A stretch of DNA of 64,000 bases from a bacterium (GTDB lineage Archaea; Thermoplasmatota; E2; JACPAO01; JAHFTW01), in the NCBI GenBank assembly GCA_040390065.1, contig JAZJZE010000011.1, positions 1 through 64,000 of the forward strand, in the 5' to 3' direction. Positions 28,910 through 41,135 of the stretch are shown in pieces (within the stretch, counting starts at the first letter, position 1; each line of letters begins with the position of its first letter). The translations under genes and the position numbers were made by a program. Below the pieces are notes generated by a model. The model was given only the letters and a program-made list of their open reading frames with translations. It had not been told where the DNA came from and did not search any database.

Positions 28910-29839
28910 TCACTTCGTCGTCACGACGCACCCGTCTTCCGTGATCACAAGTGTCGCCTCGGTCTGCGCCACCATGCCGCCGCTGGCTTCGCCGAGGGCC
29001 GGGTAGTGCTTGAGGAGCGCTTCCTTCTGCAACTGCTGCAGGTTGAATCCGAGTTTGGCGGGCTCGATTGCGTCTGTCAGCCAGCGTTCCGCAAACGGCA
29101 GTTTGGGGTAGCGCTTCTCGACGGTCGCCAGGACCTTCTTCATCGTCGGCAGGCGCATCGGCCGGCTGCGCTGGTAATGGTAGATGTTGCCGGGGCCGCA
29201 ATTGTCGACGCGGCCTGCAGCGCCGTCGGTGACGAAGGGCTCGCACGCCAGGACGTCGCCGATGCGCGGACGCTTGTTGACGTTCATCTTCACGTTGGGC
29301 ACGGTCAAGCCCGCGTGCAGGTTGTACGTCTCGAGGCTGTGGCCTGTGAGGTTCTGGATGGACTTGAAGCCGAAATCCTTGGCCGTGAGCTCGATGGCGG
29401 TGCCGACGGTGCCGAGGTCGACGTTGGGCCCGATGATCTCGATGGCCTCACGCAGGCAGGCCTCCGAGCATTCGATGAGGCGGGCATGCTTGCCCTTGCG
29501 TCCACCGTTGGCCGCGCCGACCTCGACCGTGCAGGCGTTGTCGGAGAGCGCGCCGTCCAGTTCCGCGCCGCAGTCGAGCTTCACGAGGTCGCCCTCCTTG
29601 AGCACGCTCACGTCATCGTGCGTCGGCGTGTAGTGCGCCGCCACGGAATTGATTGAGAGCGTGCAGGGAAAGGCTTGGCCGAGGCCCGCCTTGCGGATGT
29701 GCTCCTCGACGGCGGCGGCGACGTCCACCATGCGGGCGCCCGGCAGGCAAAGGCTGCGGCCGAGTTGCAGGGCCTCGTAGGAGACCTTGCCGGCGGTGAC
29801 CCACTTCTGGTACACCTCGGAGGATTCGACCACGGCCAC
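28910..29839 (-). CDS. map: Type II methionine aminopeptidase
   Basis: AFP, AAHYTP, VKLDCG, NLTGH, LHAG, CEPF motifs plus the type II insertion. Confidence 0.95.
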   Translation of the reverse strand: MAVVESSEVYQKWVTAGKVSYEALQLGRSLCLPGARMVDVAAAVEEHIRKAGLGQAFPCTLSINSVAAHYTPTHDDVSVLKEGDLVKLDCGAELDGALSDNACTVEVGAANGGRKGKHARLIECSEACLREAIEIIGPNVDLGTVGTAIELTAKDFGFKSIQNLTGHSLETYNLHAGLTVPNVKMNVNKRPRIGDVLACEPFVTDGAAGRVDNCGPGNIYHYQRSRPMRLPTMKKVLATVEKRYPKLPFAERWLTDAIEPAKLGFNLQQLQKEALLKHYPALGEASGGMVAQTEATLVITEDGCVVTTK

Positions 29840-29949
29840 GATGCGGCCACCCAGAAGGCGGGGATAACGGTTGTTGCCAGGGCGTGCAAGCCTTCGCTGG
29901 CCGAGGTGGGGATACGGCCATCGCCTTCACGGGGGCTGCCAAAGGTTCG

Positions 29950-30232
29950 TGGGCCATGGACGCGGCATCCATCCGGCGAAGCAAGGTCAAGGACCGGCCC
30001 CCGCAACCTCCGACGGCGGCGCGTTCGACGAGGTGGCCGCGCGGCTGGTTTCGGCATCGAAGAAACCACCGACGACGCCGATACCGCCGATGCGCCGCGT
30101 TCCGTGAATTCAGTGCCTTCTGTCCCTCGTCCGTGGCGAGTGTGGGAGGCCTTGGAGAACAGGAATCAAGTGCCGAGAAGCGGAACGGGTTCCTGTTCTC
30201 CGGCGCTCTCCGGTTCTCCCAGGCCGCCCGTG
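29950..30232 (+). repeat. Composite structured non-coding repeat, partial copy 2
   Basis: CAACCTCCGACGGCGGCGCGTTCGACGAGGTGGCCGCGCGGCTGG module, then a periodic tract, then the AGTGTGGGAGGCCT...CAGGCCGCCC palindromic module. Confidence 0.75.
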
Positions 30233-30334
30233 CCTGAAAGAAAGCGAAGTCGCCGAAGACTGGAAGGTCGCTTTCCGGTTTTTCCGCGGCTTCCCGGTCC
30301 TTCAGGCCCCCGGGCGGCCCCGCGCGCCTGACCC

Positions 30335-30871
30335 CTACTTCTTCTGCTTCGACATCGCGTCCTTGAGCATGTCGCCGATCGTGAGGCCGGCCCCGGCGGC
30401 AGCCTTCTTTTGGCCGGACACGGCGGGCGCGGGTCCCTCGACCTTCTCCAGGAGCTGGATGCCGAGTTCCTTCTGCATTCGGCGCGCGACGTCGTCGCTG
30501 GGGCGCAGCTTGCCGGCCTCGATGTGCTTCAGTTCCGGCACGCGGGCTTGCACTTTGTTTCCGAGGAATTCATGGGTCCAACCCTTGGCTTCGCGGGCCT
30601 TGTGGATGCGCGGCCCATAGTCCTCGACGAGGGTCCACGCCTCGGATTCGCCGCCGTAGACGGACTTCGTCTGCATGCGCTGCGCCCGGCGTTCGAGCCC
30701 CTGCTCCATGGAGGCCTTCGTGCCGGCGGGGGCGGGCGTGTCCATGGGCGTGCCGTACTTGGCGCACTCCAGGCCCAGGTTCATGACGGTGCCCTCCACC
30801 ATGTAGCGGCGTGTGCCGACCTTCTTGCCGCACATCTCGCACTCCTTCGTCGTGCCCATTCGTTCAGCCAT
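30335..30871 (-). CDS. mbf1: Archaeal multiprotein bridging factor 1
   Basis: CEMCG Zn ribbon, LVEDYGPRIHKARE HTH, C-terminal LTIGD; adjacent to PAN. Confidence 0.92.
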   Translation of the reverse strand: MAERMGTTKECEMCGKKVGTRRYMVEGTVMNLGLECAKYGTPMDTPAPAGTKASMEQGLERRAQRMQTKSVYGGESEAWTLVEDYGPRIHKAREAKGWTHEFLGNKVQARVPELKHIEAGKLRPSDDVARRMQKELGIQLLEKVEGPAPAVSGQKKAAAGAGLTIGDMLKDAMSKQKK

Positions 30872-30992
30872 GTGGATCGCCTGTGTTCGGAACAGACCCC
30901 TACAAGGGCCTTTGCACGTGGGCTTCCCAGGAGGAGCCCATGCAACCTTACGGCAAGCCCTAAAGCCCACTTCCATATGAAGCAATCCGGCA

Positions 30993-32216
<1,224 letters not shown>

Positions 32217-32229
32217 TCCCCCCCGGACG

Positions 32230-32862
32230 CGCCCGTCGGTGCCATCCGTGTTTCCGCGTACCCATGGGCTGAGGCATCCGTGGTGTGATGCCAAGCCGAT
32301 GGCCGGCCACGTCAACCTCCGACGGCGGCGGCTGCGACGAGGTGGCCGCGTGGCTGGATCGCGCTCCGACTTATCCACTGAGCTCACTGAGACGACCCGT
32401 TCAGTGAGTTCAGTGGGCTCAGTGGTTCGTCGGTCGTAGGCGTGGGCGGCCTGGAAAAACAGTGAACCCTAGAAAACGCCTGAAAGCCCCAACAGCGGGT
32501 TTCCCCCATTTTCAGATGGTTCACTGTTTTCCGAGGCCTCCCACACTCAGGCCAGACGAGACAAATCGGACCATTGGTGCAATCGCCGCCGGCGGCCCCG
32601 CGCGACCTTCAGAAAGGTCAATCATCAAGCAGTGGAGCCTTCGCCTTTCCAAGGCTCCGACCCCACGGCGTGGACGCTTGCGGAACTCAATTTCGGCGGC
32701 GTTTGGTGCTCGCCGTCTCTCGCCCCGGCCGGAGGCGTTTCTGTGGATTCGGTGGGCTCCAATGTCAGCCAGGCGTGGCGGCGAAGTCCCGTTCGATTTC
32801 CTCGTTGAAGGAGCCGCCGTCGGGGCTACGCAAATCGCTCATCGGCCTTCGACAAGCAGGTT
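32230..32862 (+). repeat. Composite structured non-coding repeat, copy 3
   Basis: Reverse complement of copy 1; contains the inverted repeat GGCCTGGAAAAACAGTGAACC...GGTTCACTGTTTTCCGAGGCC. Confidence 0.85.
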
Positions 32863-32977
32863 TGCCTTTGCCGCCATCCGGCCCGTTGTATCCAGCGTCC
32901 CTCCTGCTCTTGCCATGACTCTCTACTACCGCACCCTGCCCGTGCCCTTTATGCCCCCCTTGCCGGTGGCGCCACCG

Positions 32978-33568
32978 ATGGAAGTCCAAGAGGCCCTCCG
33001 CCAGGCCGATGCGCACCTCAAGAACGCGCAGGAGCTTGCCGGCCGCCCCGTCGGCAAGGAGGAGCTTCTCTACATGTGGGACAACCAGATCACGGCGTTG
33101 GACAATTTCCTCGCCGACACGGAGGCCGTTCCCGATCCCGGCTTCAAGGCCAAACGCGCCGACCTGCGCGACGTGAAGAAGAAACTCACCGACGCCGTCG
33201 TCGCCTTCGAGGCCCAAGCCGAGGGCGGCGCCCCCGAGGCTCCAGGCGAGGAGCCGTCGAAGGAGGAATGGGTGCAAGTCTACCTGGAGCAGGCGCAGGA
33301 CATGATCGGCCTCGTCAAGGAATCGCTTGGCGAGAAGGTCAAGTCCGTGCAGGACCTCGTGAAGTGGGAGGAGCCGCTCGCCGTCGTCAACGGCTACCTC
33401 GCGGACTCCGAGCCCTTCCAGGAGGCCAACCGTGACCTGCGCAAAGCCCGTAGCGTCGTACGCATGGCGCGCAAGGACCTGAAGGCCGCCATCGACGACG
33501 TCTTCGTGAAGTGGAAGGCCGCCGACCGCGCCTCCGCATCCTCGGGCGACGACGAGGACGACGACTAG
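32978..33568 (+). CDS. Hypothetical acidic helical protein with internal duplication
   Basis: Two similar halves (W...DNFLADTE / W...NGYLADSE); strong codon bias. Confidence 0.8.
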   Translation: MEVQEALRQADAHLKNAQELAGRPVGKEELLYMWDNQITALDNFLADTEAVPDPGFKAKRADLRDVKKKLTDAVVAFEAQAEGGAPEAPGEEPSKEEWVQVYLEQAQDMIGLVKESLGEKVKSVQDLVKWEEPLAVVNGYLADSEPFQEANRDLRKARSVVRMARKDLKAAIDDVFVKWKAADRASASSGDDEDDD

Positions 33569-33913
33569 ATGTTCACGGGCGCCCACGCCATCCTGTACAG
33601 CACGGACGCGGAGGCCGACCGGGCCTTCTTCCGCGACGTCCTCGAGTTCCCCCACGTCGACGCCGGCCATGGCTGGCTCATCTTCGCACTGCCGCCCTCG
33701 GAGGTCGCCGTCCATCCCGGCGAGGCAAACGGCGCGCACGAGCTGTACCTCACCTGCCGCGACCTCAAGGCCACCATGAAGACGCTCAAGGCAAGGAAGG
33801 TCAAGTGCGGCGACGTCACCGAGCAGCGCTGGGGCACGCTGACCCACATCCAGCTGCCCGGCGGCGGCACACTCGGGCTCTACCAGCCCAAACACCCGCT
33901 TGCGCACGGCTGA
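33569..33913 (+). CDS. VOC/glyoxalase family protein
   Basis: GAHAILYSTDAEADRAFFRDVL...GWLIFALPP...WG...LPGGG.LGLYQP. Confidence 0.9.
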   Translation: MFTGAHAILYSTDAEADRAFFRDVLEFPHVDAGHGWLIFALPPSEVAVHPGEANGAHELYLTCRDLKATMKTLKARKVKCGDVTEQRWGTLTHIQLPGGGTLGLYQPKHPLAHG

Positions 33914-33995
33914 GGACCTGCGCCAAGCCGGGTGGCAGACCTTAAATCGGCGCCCCAAGTCGGCGCAACGTCCCGGGACATCCCGGGGCAGCCAC

Positions 33996-34068
33996 GGGTC
34001 TGTGGTCTAGCGGTTATGACGTCACCTTGACATGGTGAATATCACCAGTTCAAATCTGGTCAGACCCA
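33996..34068 (+). tRNA. tRNA-Val(GAC)
   Basis: Acceptor stem GGGTCTG/CAGACCC-A, D arm TCTAGCGG, anticodon arm TCACC-TTGACAT-GGTGA, T arm ACCAG-TTCAAAT-CTGGT; TATA-like CTTAAAT at 33941. Confidence 0.95.
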
Positions 34069-34275
34069 CTGCACACGTCGAGTAGGATTGCGTCCCATCG
34101 CTGTTGGACGGAAAACGTGGGTCTGGATGGGCGCGAACGGCGGGCACGCCAACCCCCTGGTTTCGCCTGAACGCCTACAGACAGCGCTTCGTCCAGGCCC
34201 TTAACCATTATCAACGGGCCCGATGTAGCTACTGCGTGGTCGGTCACCGCATTCGCCTAGTGGAACCCGTTATCG

Positions 34276-35009
34276 TGGAGTTGCCGGGTGGGGTGCGTCT
34301 GCAACTGACCCTTCTTGGGGCCGCAACGCCTCCGGCTAGGCGTGGCCGCAAGCCCAGCCCGGCCACTCGTGCCTTGGTTGCGGCCTTGCAACAGGACGCC
34401 GCCGGGGGAATTGTCCGGGACCGTGCCGCATACCTTTCGATCCTGCGCCGCAGCGGCCACAATGGCTCAGCTGCAAGTGCTGGACTCATCGTGAATCGTG
34501 AAGCCAAACGCACCTTCGGCCACAGCCTCGGCCGCTTGACGGCCAGTCGAAGGCAGGGTCGCGCCGGCGCCGTCTTGCCGGCCCAAATGCGCAAGCGCCG
34601 GGGACGCAAACCGAACCCCGGAACGGTTGCCCTCATGCAGGCCCTATCCGCCGATGCCGCCTCCGGGCGCGTCCAGTCCCGTGTCGCGTACCTACGAATT
34701 CTCAGGCAAGGCGGCCATAAGGGTTCCAAAGCTAGCGCGTCTGCAATCCTGGCTCGAGAAGTACGCCGACACCTGGGTCACCCACTCGGACGACGAACAC
34801 GCACGCCCCGCATATACAAGGCCAAGTCGGGGGCCGGCCGCAAACCCACGCCAAACACGGTCGCCCTGCGCCAACGCCTAGCAACCGACAAAGCCGCCGG
34901 CGCCCTCCGAGACGCCACACACTACGTTCGCTGGCTCGTCGACCACGCCAACATTGGACTCAAGAAAGCGCGCCCGGTCGTGTACCGGGAATTGCGAGCC
35001 ATCAAGTAG
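34276..35009 (+). CDS. Basic protein with three GRKP (AT-hook-like) + helical domain repeats
   Basis: RRGRKPSPATRAL / RRGRKPNPGTVAL / AGRKPTPNTVAL units; start codon uncertain. Confidence 0.75.
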
Positions 35010-36561
35010 CCTGGCCGAGAAACGCAAAGCCCTCCTTGCGGGCGTCCGGATCCTCGTAGGCCATGGGCGTGCAGCTTGGCTCAACTTCCGGGTCTCGGGA
35101 AACACTTTCCCTCCCCTGAGCAACAGGAGGGGCTGCCACGCGGTTCGAACTTTCCGCAACTTTCCGCAAATTCCCTCAAACTGGTCTTTCAACTTTCCCT
35201 CCTGTTGGGAACCTTCCAGGAAACGAACCCGGCATCCTTGCGTCTTGGTGCGGCCGTGCGCGCCAAATCTTGGTCGGCCTGCCCTCCAGGCGGCCGGGCC
35301 ACGTCATTTCCCGCCCTCAGGTGGCCAAGTCCCTCTCCTGGGCAACAGCAAGGGCCACGCGGCCGGGGTCATCGCCCGCCACTTCCCTCGATCTGGTGCT
35401 TTCACTTTCTCGCCTGTTGGGCACTTCCCGCCAAACGAAACTCGAAGCCGACTTCACCCCGAGATTCTTCGGCCCCCCCCCGGCATTTTTCCAGAGGTGG
35501 CGGGCGCCGAAAAGACCAACGACCTCCATGCAGGCGGCGCCGGTCGGTCTCGATTGACGCGGGCGATGCGGGAAGTGGGCCTGCTGTGCTATCCGCGTCA
35601 CGCCAGGTGCACGCAACTGGCCGGCGATATGCAAACTGTTTCAAATTGCGTCAAAATGCACTTTCAAAATGTTCCCCTGTTGAGCAAAATGCTCCCGACG
35701 ACTCTGCCGAACGGAGGCACAAAACAAGTCGTCCCCTCTCACCGTGCCCCAGCGCGTTGCTTTCACTCGCCGCCTGGAAACCCAAGCCGGCCTGCACCAC
35801 TGCGACTACGTGTCGCAATCCCCAGTCGGAGAGTGCGCCCGTCCATGAAACCCCAGAGCGCTCGTCTGCGCTCCGCACCCTCCGGCCGTTAACCGGCACG
35901 ATAGCCGATGGAGGCTTGTTCTGCAACGAGAGCCGGGGCAACTCAAGGGCACCGGGTACCGCGGTCCTGAATGCTGCCCATGGAACGTCCAGGCAGACGG
36001 GAGAAGCATGTCCATTGGAAGCCGTATGGCGAAATCTCCTCTGGCTTTGGCCACAATGTGGGCCCGATTGCAGCTGCATCCAGTTCCAAGAGGCCCTCCA
36101 GGGCGTTCTGGAGTGACGTGCGCGGCGAGGGCCGGGGTTTCCGAACGTCCATAAAGACGGGGAAAACGCGTTTTCGCCAAGGAGTGCAAGTTGCCGAGCC
36201 TGAATCGGCGGCCCGGCGTCATCGAATCGCCTCGAACAGTCCCGCCTGGCGGGCGGCCATGGGCGCGGGTCGTAGGTGCGGGGCGGCAACGCGCGGATCC
36301 GGAAACAGAGGGTCCAGACTCTCCGGCCTGGTGTCGGCCGCTGGGCGACCGTTCCAGCCGACCTGGACGAAGCGATTGTCCAAGTGCCGAAGGAGTGTCG
36401 GGCGGTAGTGGGTGGGTTGCCAAGACACGGCGCGCACCGCATCGATTGCCTCAGGCGTCACGCAATCCCTCGAGGCCAAGGAGAACCTCGTCGAACTCAT
36501 GACAAAAGAGGCGCCCTAGCCGGCGTTACTCATTTCACCCCGGCTAGCGCCCAAAGAGCAA

Positions 36562-37131
36562 TCAACCATGGGACCCAGCCGGGATGCAATGCCACGAATT
36601 TGCGCAGCGTTGGCAGGTGACGAACATCGTTTTCCTGATTTTCTTCATGGGGAAGCGCCCTTTGACTTCGTCCAAACTCGTTCCATCCGTCGCTTGGATG
36701 AAGAAGCCCGTTTGGGACCCGCACCTTCTACAGCACAAAACCTGCCTGGCTTCGACCGTCTCATGCACGGGCCGCTTCGCCAACGGAGGTTCAGGCAGTC
36801 GCTGAGCGCAGGCCAGCGATTGGATTTGGCCCAGGTTTAGCCGCCAGGAGTGAGTTGCACGGGCTGGGCTGCTGAACCCGCCGGTTTCGTGCCTTTCAGC
36901 CGACACCAGCCCCTTCTCTTCGAGAATCCCGAACAGATGTCGGTCCTCGGGCGACAGGCCGTGATCATCAAGGCGTTCCGCGCCGCCAAACGCGGTTAGC
37001 ACGAGATGAGCGTCCTGGAGTGCTTCCTCGTGCCGGATGGCCACTAGCTGGGTCAGGGCGCTTGCAAGGCTTTCCACGGTGGTAGTTTGCGCAGCAAAGC
37101 CGTCAACGTTCGCCAAGCTCTGCCTCTCCAT
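36562..37131 (-). CDS. DUF6015-like winged-helix protein with C-terminal zinc ribbon
   Basis: VLTAFG...LDD..LSPEDRHLFGILEEKGLV...W.L pattern recalled from Thermoplasmata proteins; CRRC...CQRC. Confidence 0.7.
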   Translation of the reverse strand: MERQSLANVDGFAAQTTTVESLASALTQLVAIRHEEALQDAHLVLTAFGGAERLDDHGLSPEDRHLFGILEEKGLVSAERHETGGFSSPARATHSWRLNLGQIQSLACAQRLPEPPLAKRPVHETVEARQVLCCRRCGSQTGFFIQATDGTSLDEVKGRFPMKKIRKTMFVTCQRCANSWHCIPAGSHG

Positions 37132-37482
37132 CCCGCGATTTGCATCGAGACGGGCCGTCCGCCGCTCATTCCGCTCCCCCTGCCACCATGCAAAACCCCG
37201 TACCTTCATCCACGGGGAGGCAAACCACCGCGGCTTATGATTTGATTGGCTGCATTCGTCCGGCAGGCACTGGCCTGGCCCAATCGAGACAGAATCCTTG
37301 CCGCAGCCTGGGCTCGCGCCGGTGCCTTGTCGACGACCTCGGCGCCCCGGCCGCGGGCGCCAGCCCCGCGGCATGTGGAAGCCTCACCATCCGGCGCGCC
37401 GTCGCCGTCCCGCATGACACGCGCAAGCCCACACCTACGAAACCACCGGCCCGCCACAGGGAGCCGCCAAGGTGGTGGCGCG

Positions 37483-40400
37483 CTACCGTCGGCGGCGAAT
37501 GGTCACGCCGACGGCGCAGAGCCCCGCGACGCCCAAAATGGCGCCCACAAGCCCCACCAAGAAGGTGGGATCGGTGGCCGCGGGCGGGGCGCCGTCGCCC
37601 CTGCGTGCCGGAGACACGCTCACCGTGGCTGGATGCTGGTAGGTCGCTCCCGTCAGGCTGTCGCCGGTGCGCATCGTCACCTGGTATTCCCCGCTAGCCG
37701 CGTAGGCATGCGTGGTCGGGCCGGTGGTCATCTCAACTGGTGCGCCGTCGCCGAAGTCCCACAGATAGGATGGTGCCGAAATTGAGGGGGCGGCCGTGAC
37801 CAAGCCCCCAGGTCCGACCGTGAGCATGAATCCCGTGGCGGGGACGGCCGCAGCGTGGTTGACGGGCGGCATCGCCGAGACGCTGAAGGACACCATCGAC
37901 GACGCCGCTGCGAGGCCGTCACTGACTTCGACGATGAAGCCGTAGGTACCCGCTTCAACGACGGCGACGTGCACTTTGGATTCCGACGAGGCGGCGACGG
38001 GCACTGGCGGTCCGGCAAGCTGCGTCCAATGGAACGTCAGGAAATCGCCGTCTGCATCGCTTGACCGCGAGGCGTCCAGGGTGACGGTCTCGCCCACGTT
38101 TGCCCCACTGGGCGCGATGGCCTGCACCACCGGCAGGATGTTGCCGTTGTGCACCATGACCATGACTCCGTCGATGGCGGTTTTTTCGGCGAGGGAAGCG
38201 GTAACTTCGAAGTACAGGGCTACCGGGTCTCCTCGAACGTCGGGGGCCGTAAAGGAAGGATGTGCCGTACCCGCGCCAGCCAGCAAGATGTGCGGTCCTG
38301 CACTCTGGATCCATTCGAATGACGCACCGCCGGGTCCGGTCGCCTGTAAGCTGACCGGGGTGCCGGAGAGCGCGGTCAGCGGATTGCCTGCCTCGACGCC
38401 GAAGGCGGGAGGTGTCGAGGGGTCCGTTGGCTGCGAGGCGGGTGGCTGCGCCGGCGCAGGGTTCTGTGCCTGCCCGGTTGGCGCAAGGACCGACTGCACC
38501 CGGCACGTGGTGAGGCTTCGCCCGCCGTAGCCGTCGCGCGCCGTGAGGCAGACGCTGGGCGACCCGACGACGCCGAAGATGTGTGTGGGGTTGCGCGCGG
38601 ACGATGTGTAACCGTCGCCGAAGTCCCACGTCCACGCCGCGACGGCGTCGCCTTGGTCCGGGTCCGACGATCCGTCGACGAAGACGACGGCCTCGCCGAT
38701 GCGGGACGTGCTCGGCGCGGCCGTGAACCTTGCGGTGGGAACCTGGTTCACCTTCACTGTGATGGACACGGTCGCCGATGCGGAGGCACCGCCGCCGTCT
38801 GTCACGGTGTAGCTGAAAGATTCCGGCCCCACGTAGCCGGTGAGGGGTTTGTACTTGATGTCCGGCCCCGCGATGACGGCCGCACCGCCAGCCGACGGCA
38901 CCGTCACGGATGTCACGGCGAACGTCGACCACGAGGCGGGGCCGCCTGCCTCCGCATCAACATCGTTGATCGTGACGCGCGGGGCGAGCGCTGCAAGCGG
39001 CGTGTCCTTGATGATCGTGTAGGTGTCACCTGATGGCTGTGGCGTGTCGTTGACGCAAGCGACGTTCAAAGTTGCCGTGGCGGTGTTGACAGCGGCAAGG
39101 GCCGTTGCGTCGTAGAGTTGGTAGACGAAGGAATCTGTGCCGCAGAAGCCGGCATTCGGCCGGTAGGCGAAGGCACCGCTCGACGAAAGGGGCGTCGTGA
39201 GGCTGCCCTGGGAGGGCCCCGAGACGAGAGTCGATTGCAGGGTGTGGCCAGGTGGGTTCGGGTCGTTGCAAAGGACCCCACCGGGCGCGGCACAACCGGG
39301 GAGAGCCGTCGCCGCAAAGGGAGTTGCGCACAGCAAGGCCGGTGAAGCGCTGCAGTCCTCGTTGAGGTTGTACGTGTCTGCGGCGGCGGTAGGGGCGCCG
39401 GCAGCGCACGTCACCGTGATGGCAACGGTCACCGTGTTGAAGTCAACATTGTCCGTAACGTCGTGCAGCGTATACTGGAAGGAGTCCGGTCCGCAGTAGC
39501 CGATGGTGCCAGTGTAGGCGATGCCGCCTTTTGCAGCGAGGGTGAACGCGGCGGCGTGCGTGGGCCCGGAGGCCGCGACGAGGACCGCTTGGAGTGCATG
39601 GTTCGCGGTGTCCTGGTCGTTGCACAGGACGTCCGAGTAGGGGCCGCCGACGGTGGCGGGGGGAGTCGCGCAGAGCCCAGACACAAAGGCGGTCTCCTGC
39701 GCGACAGTGTATGCATCGCCGATGGCCGACGGCGCGGGTGGGGCTGCTCCATCGTTGTCCGCCACACTTGCCGTGACGGGAACGACGGAGATGCCGTTGT
39801 AGAAGGGGTCGGCGCTTGAGGCGCTGTGGCTGGTGACACCGGGGTGTGGGTTGGCTTCGGTGACAGCGTCGTCGACCGCACCCACGGTGATGGTTTGCGG
39901 CGAAGACCACGTCGCTGCCGTGAACGTTAGGGTGGCAGGCGCGCGTGTGACCTGGGCATCCGCGGTGACGGTGACCATGACGGCGGCCGTAGGTTGGCTG
40001 TTGAGTTTGACCGTGTAGGTATCGGTGGCGGCGCTGCCTTCGGCGACGGCGGTGCCACCGCCGGTTTCGGCGACGATGACGCCAGCCACGTCATTGTCGG
40101 TCACGGAGACGGCCAGCGAGCGGCTTGCACCGTCATACTTCGGGTCGTTCGAGCTCATCGAATGCAGGATCGAGGACAGGAGGGGGCTCGTCTCGGCCAC
40201 GGCATCATCGATTGCGGTGACCGTCACAGTTTGGGCCACGTTCCAGTTCGCCTGGCTGAACGTCAACGTGGCCGGCGTCGTGGTGACTTGCGGCGACGAC
40301 ATTGTCACCGTGACCGTCCCGACCGTGGGGTCTGCCGAACTGGCAGGCTTGAACGGCAGGCGGACCTGGTACGTATCCGTGGTGCCGCCTTCCGTGACGT

Positions 40401-40935
40401 CCGTCCCGGTCCCCGTGGGTACGAATATGACAGTGCCTCGGTCGTTGTCGTAGACAAGAATCTGGTATGTGTGACTCTGGCTCCCGTAGTCCGGCGTGCT
40501 CTGCGTGATGATGGTCGAGACGGACGGGTTGACGGGGTCGATGACGACGCCGTCCTCAAGGGCCGTAATCTGGTAGTTCTGGTCTTGGCCATAGGTGGAC
40601 GGGAAGAACTCGAACGAGGCTGGGCTCACCTGGATGTCTGCATTCTTGTAGTAGGAGTATGGCGTCCCCCCCGGCGATGGGGTCCCGCCCGGGATGAGGA
40701 AATCGACGCGCGGCGGCACGCCATCGGTCATGGCGCCGGTTGCCACTGCAATAATTCCATGGATGGTGAAGGACGTCGGCGGGTCGCCCTCGACGATCTC
40801 GAGGCCTGCGGCCGGAAGCGTCGTGGACCAGAAAGTATGGTTGGCCTGCGCGTGCGGGACGAGAGCGAGACCGAAAAGCAACACAGCCAAGCCCAGCCCC
40901 CGGCGCGCCCATCGATTTTCCCCCGCATCTCGCAC
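37483..40935 (-). CDS. Large surface adhesin (Calx-beta/cadherin-like, Ig-like and PKD domains, C-terminal TM)
   Basis: VTEGGTTDTY, LTF...NWNVAQTVTV, DSFQY/DSFVY, WTWDFGDG, YLWDFGDG, TM + RRRR. Confidence 0.88.
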   Translation of the reverse strand: MRDAGENRWARRGLGLAVLLFGLALVPHAQANHTFWSTTLPAAGLEIVEGDPPTSFTIHGIIAVATGAMTDGVPPRVDFLIPGGTPSPGGTPYSYYKNADIQVSPASFEFFPSTYGQDQNYQITALEDGVVIDPVNPSVSTIITQSTPDYGSQSHTYQILVYDNDRGTVIFVPTGTGTDVTEGGTTDTYQVRLPFKPASSADPTVGTVTVTMSSPQVTTTPATLTFSQANWNVAQTVTVTAIDDAVAETSPLLSSILHSMSSNDPKYDGASRSLAVSVTDNDVAGVIVAETGGGTAVAEGSAATDTYTVKLNSQPTAAVMVTVTADAQVTRAPATLTFTAATWSSPQTITVGAVDDAVTEANPHPGVTSHSASSADPFYNGISVVPVTASVADNDGAAPPAPSAIGDAYTVAQETAFVSGLCATPPATVGGPYSDVLCNDQDTANHALQAVLVAASGPTHAAAFTLAAKGGIAYTGTIGYCGPDSFQYTLHDVTDNVDFNTVTVAITVTCAAGAPTAAADTYNLNEDCSASPALLCATPFAATALPGCAAPGGVLCNDPNPPGHTLQSTLVSGPSQGSLTTPLSSSGAFAYRPNAGFCGTDSFVYQLYDATALAAVNTATATLNVACVNDTPQPSGDTYTIIKDTPLAALAPRVTINDVDAEAGGPASWSTFAVTSVTVPSAGGAAVIAGPDIKYKPLTGYVGPESFSYTVTDGGGASASATVSITVKVNQVPTARFTAAPSTSRIGEAVVFVDGSSDPDQGDAVAAWTWDFGDGYTSSARNPTHIFGVVGSPSVCLTARDGYGGRSLTTCRVQSVLAPTGQAQNPAPAQPPASQPTDPSTPPAFGVEAGNPLTALSGTPVSLQATGPGGASFEWIQSAGPHILLAGAGTAHPSFTAPDVRGDPVALYFEVTASLAEKTAIDGVMVMVHNGNILPVVQAIAPSGANVGETVTLDASRSSDADGDFLTFHWTQLAGPPVPVAASSESKVHVAVVEAGTYGFIVEVSDGLAAASSMVSFSVSAMPPVNHAAAVPATGFMLTVGPGGLVTAAPSISAPSYLWDFGDGAPVEMTTGPTTHAYAASGEYQVTMRTGDSLTGATYQHPATVSVSPARRGDGAPPAATDPTFLVGLVGAILGVAGLCAVGVTIRRRR

Positions 40936-41135
40936 GTTCTTGCCGCAAGCGCGACGCCCACTGGACCAATCCATAACTGAACACCCTGGAACACCGCCTT
41001 AAGTTTTGTCGCCGGGCCGAGTGTAGCCAAAGGACAACGAATGGGCCGGACTTAGCCAATCGGTGGCCCTCATGCAGCCAATCGAGTTATGACGTGCACA
41101 TGATTGCTCGCCTTTTGCCCCGCACGGGGGTCGAG

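Noticed and set aside
32462-32977. N-terminal extension of the 368-aa ORF and other ORFs inside the 27.2-27.9 kb repeat
   Set aside because: They lie in the palindromic non-coding repeat, have low-information translations, and the frames are not consistently kept between copies
34954-36500. Long ORFs of 312, 346 and 263 aa
   Set aside because: Pro/Arg/Ser-rich, no motifs and no codon bias; likely spurious
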